Shown: positions 40,968 to 50,346, counted from the first letter of the whole stretch. The stretch: DNA of 63,915 bases, filler included, from Dehalococcoidia bacterium (GCA_041494685.1; 7 parts of 7 records of this genome joined end to end with filler, not necessarily neighbours in it), one strand, 5' to 3'. Program-made: numbers and translations. Notes: generated from the letters alone by a model not told the origin.

Positions 40968-41125
40968 ACTGCTTAATCGTCGGTTCATTCGATACCGAGT
41001 TGATCGCTGCCCCGGCCCAATTCGCGGCCAGGTTCCGGATCCGCGGACATGGCGCGGCGCTTGCCTCGCCTGAGAGGGGGCCGCTAGCATGCACCGCCGC
41101 CCGCACGGGCCGGCTCCCGCATCGC

Positions 41126-41202
41126 GGGCGATTAGCTCAGTTGGTTAGAGCGTCTCGCTTACACCGAGAAGGTCGCAGGTTCGAGCCCTGCATCGCCCAC
41201 CA
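41126..41202 (+). tRNA. tRNA-Val(TAC)
   Basis: Full cloverleaf gggcgat/atcgccc, anticodon arm tctcg-cttacac-cgaga, GTTCGAG, encoded CCA. Confidence 0.97.
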
Positions 41203-41243
41203 CCCTACCCACACAGCCCCGATCCTCAACTTGTTAAAAATCG

Positions 41244-41593
41244 GCCAAGAATCATGGGGAAAACCCCTACGGGCTTCCCTAGGAATGCCGAACCTCTAGG
41301 TGACAGCGACGGAACGGGGCAACGAGCCACCTCCTAATCGCTGGCGTCCGTCTCGAGGGCCGGGCGCCGCCTCCGCAGGGTGATGCGGGGGAAGTCACCG
41401 CAAGCCAGACCCCGGTGGCCCTCGGCCGGGGAGCCGTAGTCATTCACCACAAGGGGGAATAGGTATGATCAAGAATCTGGCTCTGCGTGTGCTCGTGGCC
41501 CTCCAGGGACTCGAGTCGAAGGTTCAGGATGAGGAAGGCCAGACGCTGGCCGAGTACGGCCTGATCATGGCCGTCATCGCCGTCGCGGTCATC
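41244..41593 (+). repeat. About 350-bp duplicated unit (promoter + leader + pilin 5' end), copy 1
   Basis: Near-identical to 42161-42514. Confidence 0.92.
41299..41446 (+). ncRNA. Candidate structured leader RNA upstream of Flp pilin, copy 1
   Basis: Multiple helices shared with copy 2; I could not match it to a riboswitch family. Confidence 0.5.
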
Positions 41594-41674
41594 GCGACCG
41601 CCGTCATCGTCTTCCGTGGCGCGATTATCAGCGCGTTCAGCGGCGCCACGAAGTGCCTCAGCGGCTCCTGCTAA
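41465..41674 (+). CDS. flp: Flp family type IVb pilin
   Basis: EEG|QTLAEYGLI prepilin motif + hydrophobic helix; AAGGGGG RBS. Confidence 0.93.
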   Translation: MIKNLALRVLVALQGLESKVQDEEGQTLAEYGLIMAVIAVAVIATAVIVFRGAIISAFSGATKCLSGSC

Positions 41675-41787
41675 GGGGCGTCGAGGTCGATCGGTCTACG
41701 TAGTGGGGAGGGGCGTCCCGGCGGTCGCCGGCGCGCCCCTCTCTCACTCTCATCCGCAGCCACGACGTATCGACAGGGGGGTACACA

Positions 41788-41997
41788 ATGCTCACAGGTG
41801 TGGCCCTGCGGCTGTTTCTCGCCATCCAGTGCATTGGGGTCAGGGCCGACGATGAATCCGGCCAGACGCTCGCCGAATACGGCCTGATCATCAGTATCAT
41901 GGTCGTGGCGATCCTCGTGATCGCGGTGACCGTCTTCAGAGACGTGCTCCCGGCGGCCTTCAACAGTGCGCTGCCGTGCCTCACGGGTTCCTGCTGA
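41788..41997 (+). CDS. flp: Flp family type IVb pilin (divergent paralogue)
   Basis: ESG|QTLAEYGLI; C-terminal CLTGSC. Confidence 0.9.
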   Translation: MLTGVALRLFLAIQCIGVRADDESGQTLAEYGLIISIMVVAILVIAVTVFRDVLPAAFNSALPCLTGSC

Positions 41998-42026
41998 GGC
42001 AAGCGCCGGGCATCTGCATCGAAGCG

Positions 42027-42058
42027 AAAGGGCACAGCCGCTGGCTGTGCCCTTTCTC
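42027..42058 (+). terminator. Intrinsic terminator after the second pilin
   Basis: aaagggcacagcc-gct-ggctgtgcccttt followed by tct. Confidence 0.8.
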
Positions 42059-42216
42059 ATACCGCCGCCGCAACCAGCGACGGGGCGCCGCCGGCCAGGC
42101 AGGCGACGCATGGTCATCCGCGCTGCGTCGCCTGCCTGGCTGCCCCGCTCTCACAAGTCCGCCAGGAATCATAGGGACAACCCCTACAGACTCCCCCTAG
42201 GAATACCGAAGCTCTA

Positions 42217-42365
42217 AGTGACGGCGACGGAGCGGGGCAACGAGCCACCTCCTAACCGCTGGCGTCCGTCTCGAGGGCCGGGCACCGCCTCCGCAGGGTG
42301 ATGCGGAGGAGATCACCGCAAGCCAGACCCCGGGGGCCCTCGGCCGGGGAGCAGCCGTAGTCATT
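42217..42365 (+). ncRNA. Candidate structured leader RNA upstream of Flp pilin, copy 2
   Basis: Helices gacgga/tccgtc, agcgg/ccgct, cgagggcc/ggccctcg, ctccgca/tgcggag, acggc/gccgt. Confidence 0.5.
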
Positions 42366-42385
42366 CGCTACAAGGGGGAACAGGT

Positions 42386-42514
42386 ATGATCAAGAATCTG
42401 GCTCTGCGTGTGCTCGTGGCCTTCCAGGGACTCGAGTCGAAGGTTCAGGATGAGGAAGGCCAGACGCTGGCCGAGTACGGCCTGATCATGGCCGTCATCG
42501 CCGTCGCGGTCATC
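42386..42514 (+). CDS. flp: Flp pilin, third copy (truncated by contig end)
   Basis: MIKNLALRVLVAFQGLESKVQDEEGQTLAEYGLIMAVIAVAVI. Confidence 0.9.
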
Positions 42515-42614
42515 NNNNNNNNNNNNNNNNNNNNNNNNNNNNNNNNNNNNNNNNNNNNTTAATTAATTAANNNNNNNNNNNNNNNNNNNNNNNNNNNNNN
42601 NNNNNNNNNNNNNN
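42515..42614. other. Artificial contig linker
   Basis: N-run + TTAATTAATTAA + N-run. Confidence 0.99.
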
Positions 42615-42784
42615 GACGCACCTGCCCCGTATCTCCGCCATATCTCCGTCTTCTCCTGCACCGTCAACGCTGATCGGACCATCATTACCACCCCATCCTT
42701 CACGAGCAGTCTTAGCCCGTTCGACGGGGTGGTGCGATCACCGCTTGAGACCGCCCCTCATGGTGCGCGATCAGCTTCTCGGTG

Positions 42785-44893
42785 CTAGGCCGCCATCCGA
42801 AGATGATCGATCCGGTCCGGGAGCGCGCCACGGTGGTACAGGCGCACGAGAGCGTCCACCACGGCGGGATTGAACTGGATGCCGCGACACTCGACGATCT
42901 CGGCCAGCGCTTCCTCTACGGGGCGGGCCGCGCGATATGGTCGCTCGCTCACCATCGCGTCAAACGCGTCCGCCACTGTGACGATCGTCACCTCTTCGGG
43001 GATCTGCTCGCCGGCGATCCCGTCGGGGTAGCCCCTTCCATCCCAGCGCTCGTGGTGCCAGCGGGCGACCTTCGCGGCCAGCGCGAACTCAGGCCGCATC
43101 TCCAGGAACTCGGCTCCCCAGATGCTGTGCTGCTTCATGACTTCCCAGACCCTGGCGACTTCCCAATCGTCACTGTCGAAGCGGATCAGGCTCGCAAGGA
43201 TGTTGTCGGGCACCCTGATCTTGCCGATGTCGTGCAGCGTTGCGGCCAGGCCAAGATCCCGCACGGCATCCTCTGCGTAGCCCATTTCGCGCGCAATCGC
43301 TTCCGCGAATGCCCGAACGCTCTCTAGATGGATCCCGGTGGTGTGATCGTGAGCCTCAGCGGCGGCGGCCAGCATCATGACCGTCTGGGCCTGCGCGTCC
43401 GAGAGGCGCTCCGTTGCGCTCTGCAACCCGTCAACGAGACTTGCCATCCGCACGATGGCCGTCACCTGGTTTGCGACCGCGGCCAGGAACTCCGCGTCGC
43501 GAGGATCGAACGCGGCCTTCCGCTTGCTGGCCACCGCGACGGTTCCGGCGAGTTCGTCGTCCCACAGCATGGGCGCGATGACGGCGGATCGCAGCCCGGC
43601 CTGCGCAAGGAGCGCGCGTTCGACGGACGTGAGACGGTCATCGGACGAGAGGTCTTCGAGGATGACCGGACGCCTGGTCTTGGCCAGGATGACGTTGATC
43701 GCGCGCTGCCGGATGTCGGCGTGCGCTTGTTGCTGGGCACGCCAACCCTGCGCGAGCGCGTCGTCCACGCCCTGGCGCAGCGTGCCCCCCGCCTGCCGGC
43801 CGTGCGAGCGAAAGATCTGGCAATCGACGGCGTCATAGCCTGTTTCGGCCGACAGGCGCGATCCTACGAGCTTGAGCTTCTCGTCGAGGTCTCCAGGGGA
43901 CGTCAGAAGCGGGACGAGGTCCGCGATCATGGCGGAGACGCGGTCGTCGCGACGCCGAACGACCTCGCCGTTCTCAAGCGCGCGGCTCCTCTTCGCCGCA
44001 TACATGGCGCGGTCCGCCGCCTTGATCAACTCGACGAGCGTGGCAGCCTCGTCCGGGAAGATCGCTATCCCGATGCTCGCTGGCAAGCGAATGATAGCGC
44101 CCGTCTCTTCGTCCGTTACCTTGGTCTCCCGTATCTCGGAGACCGCGCGACGGACGTACGCGTCGGCGCGGCCGCGGTCGGCTCCTGCGAGCACCACTAA
44201 GAACTCATCTCCTCCGTAACGGCCCACGACCGCGTCGTCGCTGGCTAGTGCGCCGGCGACCGTTTGCAGCACGGCGTCGCCAGATAGATGCCCGTACGTG
44301 TCATTGACCGCCTTCATTCCGTCGACGTCGATCATTGCCACTGCCACGTGTTCGAGGTCGGCACGCTCCAGCTGTTCCGCCAAGTACCCGGTGATGGCAC
44401 CGTGGTTGAGGACTCCGGTAAGCGAATCGCGTCGGGCGTGCTCCATCAGCCGTTCGAGCGCCTGCGCCCGCTCGGTCACGTCGGTGGCGACGCCGACCAC
44501 TCCTGCGACCCGGCCGCGCCGGTCTAGGATGGGGGCGTAATACGTCTCGTAGACCAGCTCTCCGACCTCGGAGGTGCTGATGACGGTCTCCCCGGCCAGT
44601 GCCCGTCGGACGCCGTGGATGATCGCGTGCGTGTAGAGGTCGAATACCGACTGGCCGACGACCTCACCTGGAGTCAGTCCAAGACGTGCAAGGCCCTTCC
44701 CTTCGGAGAGCGTGAACGTTCCCGAACTGTCAGTGGCGAACAGGATGACGGGGGCGTTCGATACGACCGCGCGAAGGCGCGCTTCACTTGTCAGGATCGC
44801 CTGGGGGGAGCGGCGCCGCGGCCGCGCGGGGCCATGACCGGAGCGAGGGGCTTGGCCAGCGGGTTCGGACGGAAGTTGACGCCCACGGGCCAT
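42785..44893 (-). CDS. PAS-GGDEF-GAF-HD-GYP c-di-GMP signalling protein
   Basis: PAS (NAPVILFATD), DSLTG, RYGGDEF, GAF (SAVIAPM), LHDIGK, HHERWDGRGYP. Confidence 0.93.
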   Translation of the reverse strand: MARGRQLPSEPAGQAPRSGHGPARPRRRSPQAILTSEARLRAVVSNAPVILFATDSSGTFTLSEGKGLARLGLTPGEVVGQSVFDLYTHAIIHGVRRALAGETVISTSEVGELVYETYYAPILDRRGRVAGVVGVATDVTERAQALERLMEHARRDSLTGVLNHGAITGYLAEQLERADLEHVAVAMIDVDGMKAVNDTYGHLSGDAVLQTVAGALASDDAVVGRYGGDEFLVVLAGADRGRADAYVRRAVSEIRETKVTDEETGAIIRLPASIGIAIFPDEAATLVELIKAADRAMYAAKRSRALENGEVVRRRDDRVSAMIADLVPLLTSPGDLDEKLKLVGSRLSAETGYDAVDCQIFRSHGRQAGGTLRQGVDDALAQGWRAQQQAHADIRQRAINVILAKTRRPVILEDLSSDDRLTSVERALLAQAGLRSAVIAPMLWDDELAGTVAVASKRKAAFDPRDAEFLAAVANQVTAIVRMASLVDGLQSATERLSDAQAQTVMMLAAAAEAHDHTTGIHLESVRAFAEAIAREMGYAEDAVRDLGLAATLHDIGKIRVPDNILASLIRFDSDDWEVARVWEVMKQHSIWGAEFLEMRPEFALAAKVARWHHERWDGRGYPDGIAGEQIPEEVTIVTVADAFDAMVSERPYRAARPVEEALAEIVECRGIQFNPAVVDALVRLYHRGALPDRIDHLRMAA

Positions 44894-45129
44894 CGTTGCA
44901 GCTCCGCACTCCAGGGATCGCGTATCCGCCTAAGTATCGGCGATATTGCGGCTCTTCCGCAGATACGTGTCGAACATCAAGGAGCTATCCGTAGGGGAAC
45001 ACACTCAGGGCGACGGGCGATTGCACGGGAGTTTGCACCAGCACGATGACCTCTCTGGTGCTGGGTCGCACGCGCGCGCTCGCAGCCTGTGGCGCCAAGG
45101 ACGGCACGCGCGCCGCGTTGCGTGAAGGC

Positions 45130-45360
45130 TTATGCCCGGTGGGAGGTGTCGCCGACGGTGTTGCGGCGCTCGAGGTCGTCGAGCCTGCCCTCGATGCGCT
45201 TCAGGCTGCGCCACATGGCCACGTGCATGCAGAGGGGCACCATCATCATGATCGGCATCATCAGCAGTGCGCGCCGGCGGTGGAGCCGCCCGCGCATGTG
45301 GCCTCTTCGGCCGGATTCGTCCATGCGCTGACACTGCTCCGCGCTCTTCGTCTCTTGCAT
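45130..45360 (-). CDS. Small Met-rich single-TM hypothetical protein
   Basis: AAAGGACAGG RBS; LLMMPIMMMVPLCMHVAMW hydrophobic stretch. Confidence 0.5.
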   Translation of the reverse strand: MQETKSAEQCQRMDESGRRGHMRGRLHRRRALLMMPIMMMVPLCMHVAMWRSLKRIEGRLDDLERRNTVGDTSHRA

Positions 45361-45493
45361 GTCACCTGTCCTTTCCCGGGTCGTGCATCAACGCTACGCG
45401 CCCACTACCAGCATGCGCCGCCGGCGGGGGCATCGTAAGAGCCGACCGGACGCCTATCGGAAGGTCGATTGCGGGGGCCAGATGGCACCGACA

Positions 45494-46882
45494 TCACGCC
45501 GTACCCGCAGCGCGCCTCGTTGCCACACTGGCGGCGAGGAGCAGCGCCACGAACGCGATCGCGCTGACCGCCGCGATTTCAAAGGCCTTTCGTGAAGAAG
45601 GTCGACTCTGTACCGCTGCGGACGGCGACGTCGCGATGTCCCGCAGCACGCGATCGAGCGCCGGCGCCGGGTAGAACGGCGGCACGGCGTCCCCGAAGGT
45701 GCCGTTGAGCACGGCGCCCACCTGTGTCTGTACGAGCACGCCACGGCCGGAGCCGGAGGCATCACCGCGGTAGTAGAGGTAGCGCGCAGGCCGAACCGCC
45801 TCCGGAAACGGGTCGATACCACCGTACTGTTCCTCGACGACCAGGGGATCGCCGGAGAACGGTTCGACGGGGAGCGGCGCCGCGCAGCCCGCAGCCGGAA
45901 CGCAGTTGCCGTCGAACAGCGCGGCGGAGATTTCCTGGGGTCCGCCGCCGTCGCGCCGCACCTCGACGTGCGCCACGTCGCCGACGTCGTTGTGCTGCGC
46001 CTGGAGCAATGGCACGACGCGGGTCTCAACGATCCCTGACGTTGCTGTGCCGGCGATGCCCAGGTCGGACATCAGCGCGTCGAACTCCGCCGGAACGGTG
46101 TAGGCGATCTGAGAGTAGCCCGGCGGGTCGATGAGCGTCGTGTACTGCCAGTTGTTGGCACGCGCGGGGTCAAAGAGCAGCCCGAAGGGCGCAACGATTC
46201 CTGGCCGGACGTAGCGAAACGTCAGCGAGCCGCCGCCCAGCTCTACGCGCAGCTCCGTCCCCGCCGTGTCGCGTTGTCCGATCTGGTAGCCCCGCACGCC
46301 GAAGTCCACGGGTTCGACCGCTTGGAGGAGCGCCAAGATGCGGCTCGCCTGATCGTCCGAGAGGTCCCTACCGCCGAGGCGGACGCGGGATGGTAGGTGC
46401 TGGTCCGCGGCCGCGATCGCTTGGGCGAAGGTGGGATGCTCCGGCAGCGCGCCCTGACGCGCGAGGACGATATAGCGGTCGAGCACGTCACGGACCGCGA
46501 CGCTTGGCACTGCCCAGTCGTCGTACTGGAGCGGGACCTGACTGCTGATCAATGATCGGCTGCCAAGCACGTACAGTTGCGCGGTTCCAGGCATGACGGC
46601 ATCAAGGTCGTCCGCCGGCACGGGTTCGATGCGGTAGCGCATCACGGATGGGTCAGATTGCTCGTATGCGGAAGCGGCGCTCGTGAACCCGCTCGTTGCG
46701 CTGACTGCCTCCACAAGGGAGACGGTCACGGGGTGTGGCAAGTCGCCACCGGAGATGCGGTAGGTGAACATGACGCCGCCCTTCGCATCTGCGGTTGGCG
46801 CCGAGAATGACCCGAGCCCCCACGCGCAGAGCACTGCGGCTCCGAGCGCGAGTCGAACTGTAGATCCACGATGCCTCATCAT
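45494..46882 (-). CDS. Secreted protein with C-terminal membrane anchor
   Basis: Signal peptide ending ADA|KGG; C-terminal hydrophobic helix followed by RR; GGAG RBS. Confidence 0.75.
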   Translation of the reverse strand: MMRHRGSTVRLALGAAVLCAWGLGSFSAPTADAKGGVMFTYRISGGDLPHPVTVSLVEAVSATSGFTSAASAYEQSDPSVMRYRIEPVPADDLDAVMPGTAQLYVLGSRSLISSQVPLQYDDWAVPSVAVRDVLDRYIVLARQGALPEHPTFAQAIAAADQHLPSRVRLGGRDLSDDQASRILALLQAVEPVDFGVRGYQIGQRDTAGTELRVELGGGSLTFRYVRPGIVAPFGLLFDPARANNWQYTTLIDPPGYSQIAYTVPAEFDALMSDLGIAGTATSGIVETRVVPLLQAQHNDVGDVAHVEVRRDGGGPQEISAALFDGNCVPAAGCAAPLPVEPFSGDPLVVEEQYGGIDPFPEAVRPARYLYYRGDASGSGRGVLVQTQVGAVLNGTFGDAVPPFYPAPALDRVLRDIATSPSAAVQSRPSSRKAFEIAAVSAIAFVALLLAASVATRRAAGTA

Positions 46883-46896
46883 GACGCTCCAGGACG

Positions 46897-48189
46897 TTAG
46901 TTGGTCGTCACGACGTCTCCGATTGGATAGGCCGGCCGCCGCGCGACGATCTGCATCGAGTCGACATCGATCACGACCAGGTCGAGCAACAGGAACGCGT
47001 ATAACCGCTTGCCATCACGACTGAAGCGCATCTGTCTGTATCCGTAGCCGAGATCGTCGGGCAGGGGCACGTCCCGGACGATCTCCATCGTCTTCGCGTC
47101 GATCACCTGCATCGAGATGGGCTCGGACGCGGTAGGGCTGCTGTCGTCACACGACAACGTCGGCGCAGATGTCCACGTCCGGACGAAGAACGAACCGTCG
47201 GGAGACAGCAGCGCGCCGCCAGAGAGCACGGCGCCTCCCTTCGCGTCGGCGTCTGCTGCAAACCAACCCAGCATATGTCCGAGGCGCGATTGCGGGCGAC
47301 TGATCGTGCGCGTCTCAAGCTTTTTCATGTGCACGGGATCGACGATCAAGACTTCTTCCGTGCCGGGCAGAAAGACGTAGAATCGCGACCCGTTTGGCGA
47401 CAAGGCGCCGCCGGCGACGTACGTGGCGGAACAACTGGTTCCAGCGGCGTCCGTGACGGGTTGGTGACCGAAAGGAACGTCGTCGAGCGTCATGTCGCGC
47501 AGCACCGCGCCGGACGCGACATCGACGGCGATCAGACGGGTTGGAAGAGCGCGGTCGTAATGCCACTCGTTGCCAAAGAGGTACAGCGTGCCGCCGTCGT
47601 CTGACACGAAGGCCGTCGCCGAGAATGGCAGACTTGACCGGCGAACGATGTTCGACTGATCGACGTCAATCGTCACCAACTCGGAGTGGTACGACTCGCA
47701 GACGGAGACGCTCGCGCTACAGTCAGGGTCATTCGTGACGATGAGTAGCGTTCTGTTGTCCGGCTTCCAGAAGGCCTTCAATGCTTGCGCCTTGAGTTCT
47801 GGTGTCGGGAGCGGCTTCCAATGCGCCAGGTCGAACAGCGACAATCCGTGAAGGCCGTTGCCGTCGCCTGGTTCGTACGTGAAGGCGATCTTCGTGCCGT
47901 CCGGCGATGACGCCCATCCGCCGTCATGGCCGAGACGGAATGGCGGAAACCCAGCAACGTCCTGGCCAGTGAGAGGATCGATCGCCTTCAGCTGGAGCCC
48001 ACGCGGGTCGTAATTGCCCCATGTGTCGTCGAGCGTACTGATCAAGTAGGCGCTGCTTGTGCCTCGGCCAACTTGCGTGCCGTCGGTGCTCGTTTCGGCC
48101 GGAGGAGGCGTTCGGCTTGCTGCTCTACCGCTACAAGCGGTGAGCGCCAGACCAACGGCGACGAACGCGAGGAACCGACGAGCGTGCAT
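46897..48189 (-). CDS. Lipoprotein with beta-propeller repeats (YncE/WD40-like)
   Basis: Lipobox LTAC; repeated SPDG/SPNG/SRDG blades. Confidence 0.8.
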   Translation of the reverse strand: MHARRFLAFVAVGLALTACSGRAASRTPPPAETSTDGTQVGRGTSSAYLISTLDDTWGNYDPRGLQLKAIDPLTGQDVAGFPPFRLGHDGGWASSPDGTKIAFTYEPGDGNGLHGLSLFDLAHWKPLPTPELKAQALKAFWKPDNRTLLIVTNDPDCSASVSVCESYHSELVTIDVDQSNIVRRSSLPFSATAFVSDDGGTLYLFGNEWHYDRALPTRLIAVDVASGAVLRDMTLDDVPFGHQPVTDAAGTSCSATYVAGGALSPNGSRFYVFLPGTEEVLIVDPVHMKKLETRTISRPQSRLGHMLGWFAADADAKGGAVLSGGALLSPDGSFFVRTWTSAPTLSCDDSSPTASEPISMQVIDAKTMEIVRDVPLPDDLGYGYRQMRFSRDGKRLYAFLLLDLVVIDVDSMQIVARRPAYPIGDVVTTN

Positions 48190-48419
48190 GGCTTGGATGG
48201 TACACCCATAGATAGCGGACGGTTCCGGACGCTTGGGCTACGGTCGACCTACGCTCAACCGACGGATGAATGGAACACGATGGCACAATCGTGCATCGAC
48301 TGGCGGGGCGTCCGTGTGGCCGCGCCATGGCGGCGGAGGACGCCAGCCAAACCCGCCGCGGACGTGACGAGCGCTCGGCCGTGTACGAGCGCGGCACGAT
48401 AGATCGGCGCGGGTTCGAG

Positions 48420-49103
48420 TTAGTGCTCGGTGAGCGTGCCGTCTTCGATGGTCAAACGACGACCTGCATACTCGGCCATCCGCATGTCGTGGGTGACCAT
48501 CAGCGCTGCCTTGTTTCGCTGGCCGACCTCGGAGGCGAGCATCTCGACCACCTGCTTGCCTCGGGCAGTGTCGAGGTTCGCTGTCGGTTCGTCGACGAGG
48601 ATAAGCGATGGGTCGTTCATGAGTGCGCGGCCGATGGCGACCCGCTGGCGCTCGCCGCCGGACATCTCGGCCGGGTACGCATTGGCGCGCTCGGTGAGCC
48701 CGAGCTCTTCGAGGAGCCGATCTGCGCGTCCGCGGGCTGCGGCGCGGGCCAGTCCGCCGATCTGCGCGATCGCCAGCAGGTTCTTTCGGGCCGAGAGGTA
48801 CGGCAGCAGGTTGAAACCCTGGAACACGAATCCCACCTTCTGGCGCCTGAAGCGCGCGAGTTGGTCACTGCCAAGCGACATGAGCTCGACGCCGCCGACG
48901 CTGACGTGTCCGGACGTTGGTGTCAGCAGTCCGCCCAGCATGGCCAGCAGCGTTGTCTTCCCGGACCCACTGGGCCCGACGATCGCGAGAAACTCGCCCG
49001 CATGGGCGGAGAACGTCGCATCGCGGACCGCATGCACCGAGCGCTCACCGCTACCGTAGATCTTGTTCAGGTCACGGACCTCGACCGTTAGCTCCGCGCT
49101 CAT
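48420..49103 (-). CDS. ABC transporter ATP-binding protein (LolD/MacB-type)
   Basis: GPSGSGKTT, GFVFQ, MSGGERQR, DEPTANLD, VTHD. Confidence 0.95.
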   Translation of the reverse strand: MSAELTVEVRDLNKIYGSGERSVHAVRDATFSAHAGEFLAIVGPSGSGKTTLLAMLGGLLTPTSGHVSVGGVELMSLGSDQLARFRRQKVGFVFQGFNLLPYLSARKNLLAIAQIGGLARAAARGRADRLLEELGLTERANAYPAEMSGGERQRVAIGRALMNDPSLILVDEPTANLDTARGKQVVEMLASEVGQRNKAALMVTHDMRMAEYAGRRLTIEDGTLTEH

Positions 49104-50206
49104 TGTTGCTGACCAAGCGCGATCAGCGCGTCGATGGACGCGATCTTGCGCCCGGAGAATGCCACTCCGACTATCGCGGTCACGAGGATCAGAGCCATGC
49201 TCATAACCACGCCCCGCTGTTCCAGCAGAAGTGGCACGTTGCCGGGCAGGAATCTGAGCGTCAGGATTGCGGCCGGGAGGGCGAGTCCAAGTCCGAGCAG
49301 GGAGACAATGAGCACCTGCACTAGGAGCTGTGTGAAGATGAACCATGACGATGCCCCGAGGGCCTTGAGCACGCCGATCTGTCCGACCTTCTGCAGCGTG
49401 AGCACGTAGAAGAACACGCCGATCACGAGGGCACCGATCACGAGCCCGAAGCCCTGGATCGAATTCGCCGTGCTGCGTTGCGCCGTCACACCGGGGATCT
49501 TCTCGAACACCTGATCGGGCGTCGCCGCTTCGATGTCGGCAACCTCTCGCTCTAACGAGTTGCGCACCGCCTCGGAGCCCTGGACCATCACTAGCGTGGC
49601 CACCGGCGCGTCGGGTGACCCATCGCCGTATTTCAGTGCGCGCCAATCGTCGATGTTGCCCCACATTGGCGCCTGGAAGAAGAATGATCCCTGGTCGACT
49701 TCGCCAACGATCTTAAACGCGTGCGTCGTGCCGCGGCTGATCACCTCGACCGTGTCGCCAATCTTCGCGCCATGGCGGTCTAGGTACGAAGTGTCGGCGA
49801 GCACGGCACCGCGCTCGCCGGGCTCGAGCGCGCGCCCCGCGCGTATCTTCGGCGCGGAGATTGTGCCCGGTTCAAAGCCGATGAAGGCCGCCGGGCCGAT
49901 CTCCGGCTTGAGGATCGGCTGGACCGAAACGTAGCCAAGGCGAGCGGCTGCGCTTACGGCGGACGCTGACCGAATGCCGTCGACAGTTGGCTGCCCGAGT
50001 TCGCTCTGTTGCAGGCTCAGATTCGCCCTCGCACGAAAGACCAGCGTGTCCGCATCGAGGCGTTTGACGGCGCTGCCGGCGAGGTCCAACAGCCCTGCAC
50101 CGAGCGCCCCCATCATCACGACGAGGTAGGCGATCATCGTGACAATCAGCATGATCAGGACGAATTGGCCGCGCCGATGCCAGAGTTCCTCGAAAGCAAG
50201 CATCAT
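49100..50206 (-). CDS. ABC transporter permease (FtsX/MacB, HrtB-like)
   Basis: One TM + extracytoplasmic domain + three TM; FFYVLTLQK...IGVLKALGAS. Confidence 0.92.
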   Translation of the reverse strand: MMLAFEELWHRRGQFVLIMLIVTMIAYLVVMMGALGAGLLDLAGSAVKRLDADTLVFRARANLSLQQSELGQPTVDGIRSASAVSAAARLGYVSVQPILKPEIGPAAFIGFEPGTISAPKIRAGRALEPGERGAVLADTSYLDRHGAKIGDTVEVISRGTTHAFKIVGEVDQGSFFFQAPMWGNIDDWRALKYGDGSPDAPVATLVMVQGSEAVRNSLEREVADIEAATPDQVFEKIPGVTAQRSTANSIQGFGLVIGALVIGVFFYVLTLQKVGQIGVLKALGASSWFIFTQLLVQVLIVSLLGLGLALPAAILTLRFLPGNVPLLLEQRGVVMSMALILVTAIVGVAFSGRKIASIDALIALGQQQ

Positions 50207-50346
50207 CGCCTCCTGCGGTGTCGGACGTTGAGGGGATCATGGGCACGAGGCGTACGCCGCCCACTCAGAATAGCGCACCACCGACGATCACCCCATCGCG
50301 GCTGAGATGAACGGCGCAAGGGTTCGCCAAGCCGTTGCCAGCCGAT

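Noticed and set aside
41299..41446. Calling the pilin leader a canonical c-di-GMP-I/II or c-di-AMP riboswitch
   Set aside because: Diagnostic consensus elements are not present in the right arrangement; kept as an unassigned candidate.
42615..42641. Possible gene start MAEIRGRCV on the minus strand with a GGAG RBS
   Set aside because: Only nine codons before the contig end; cannot be assigned.
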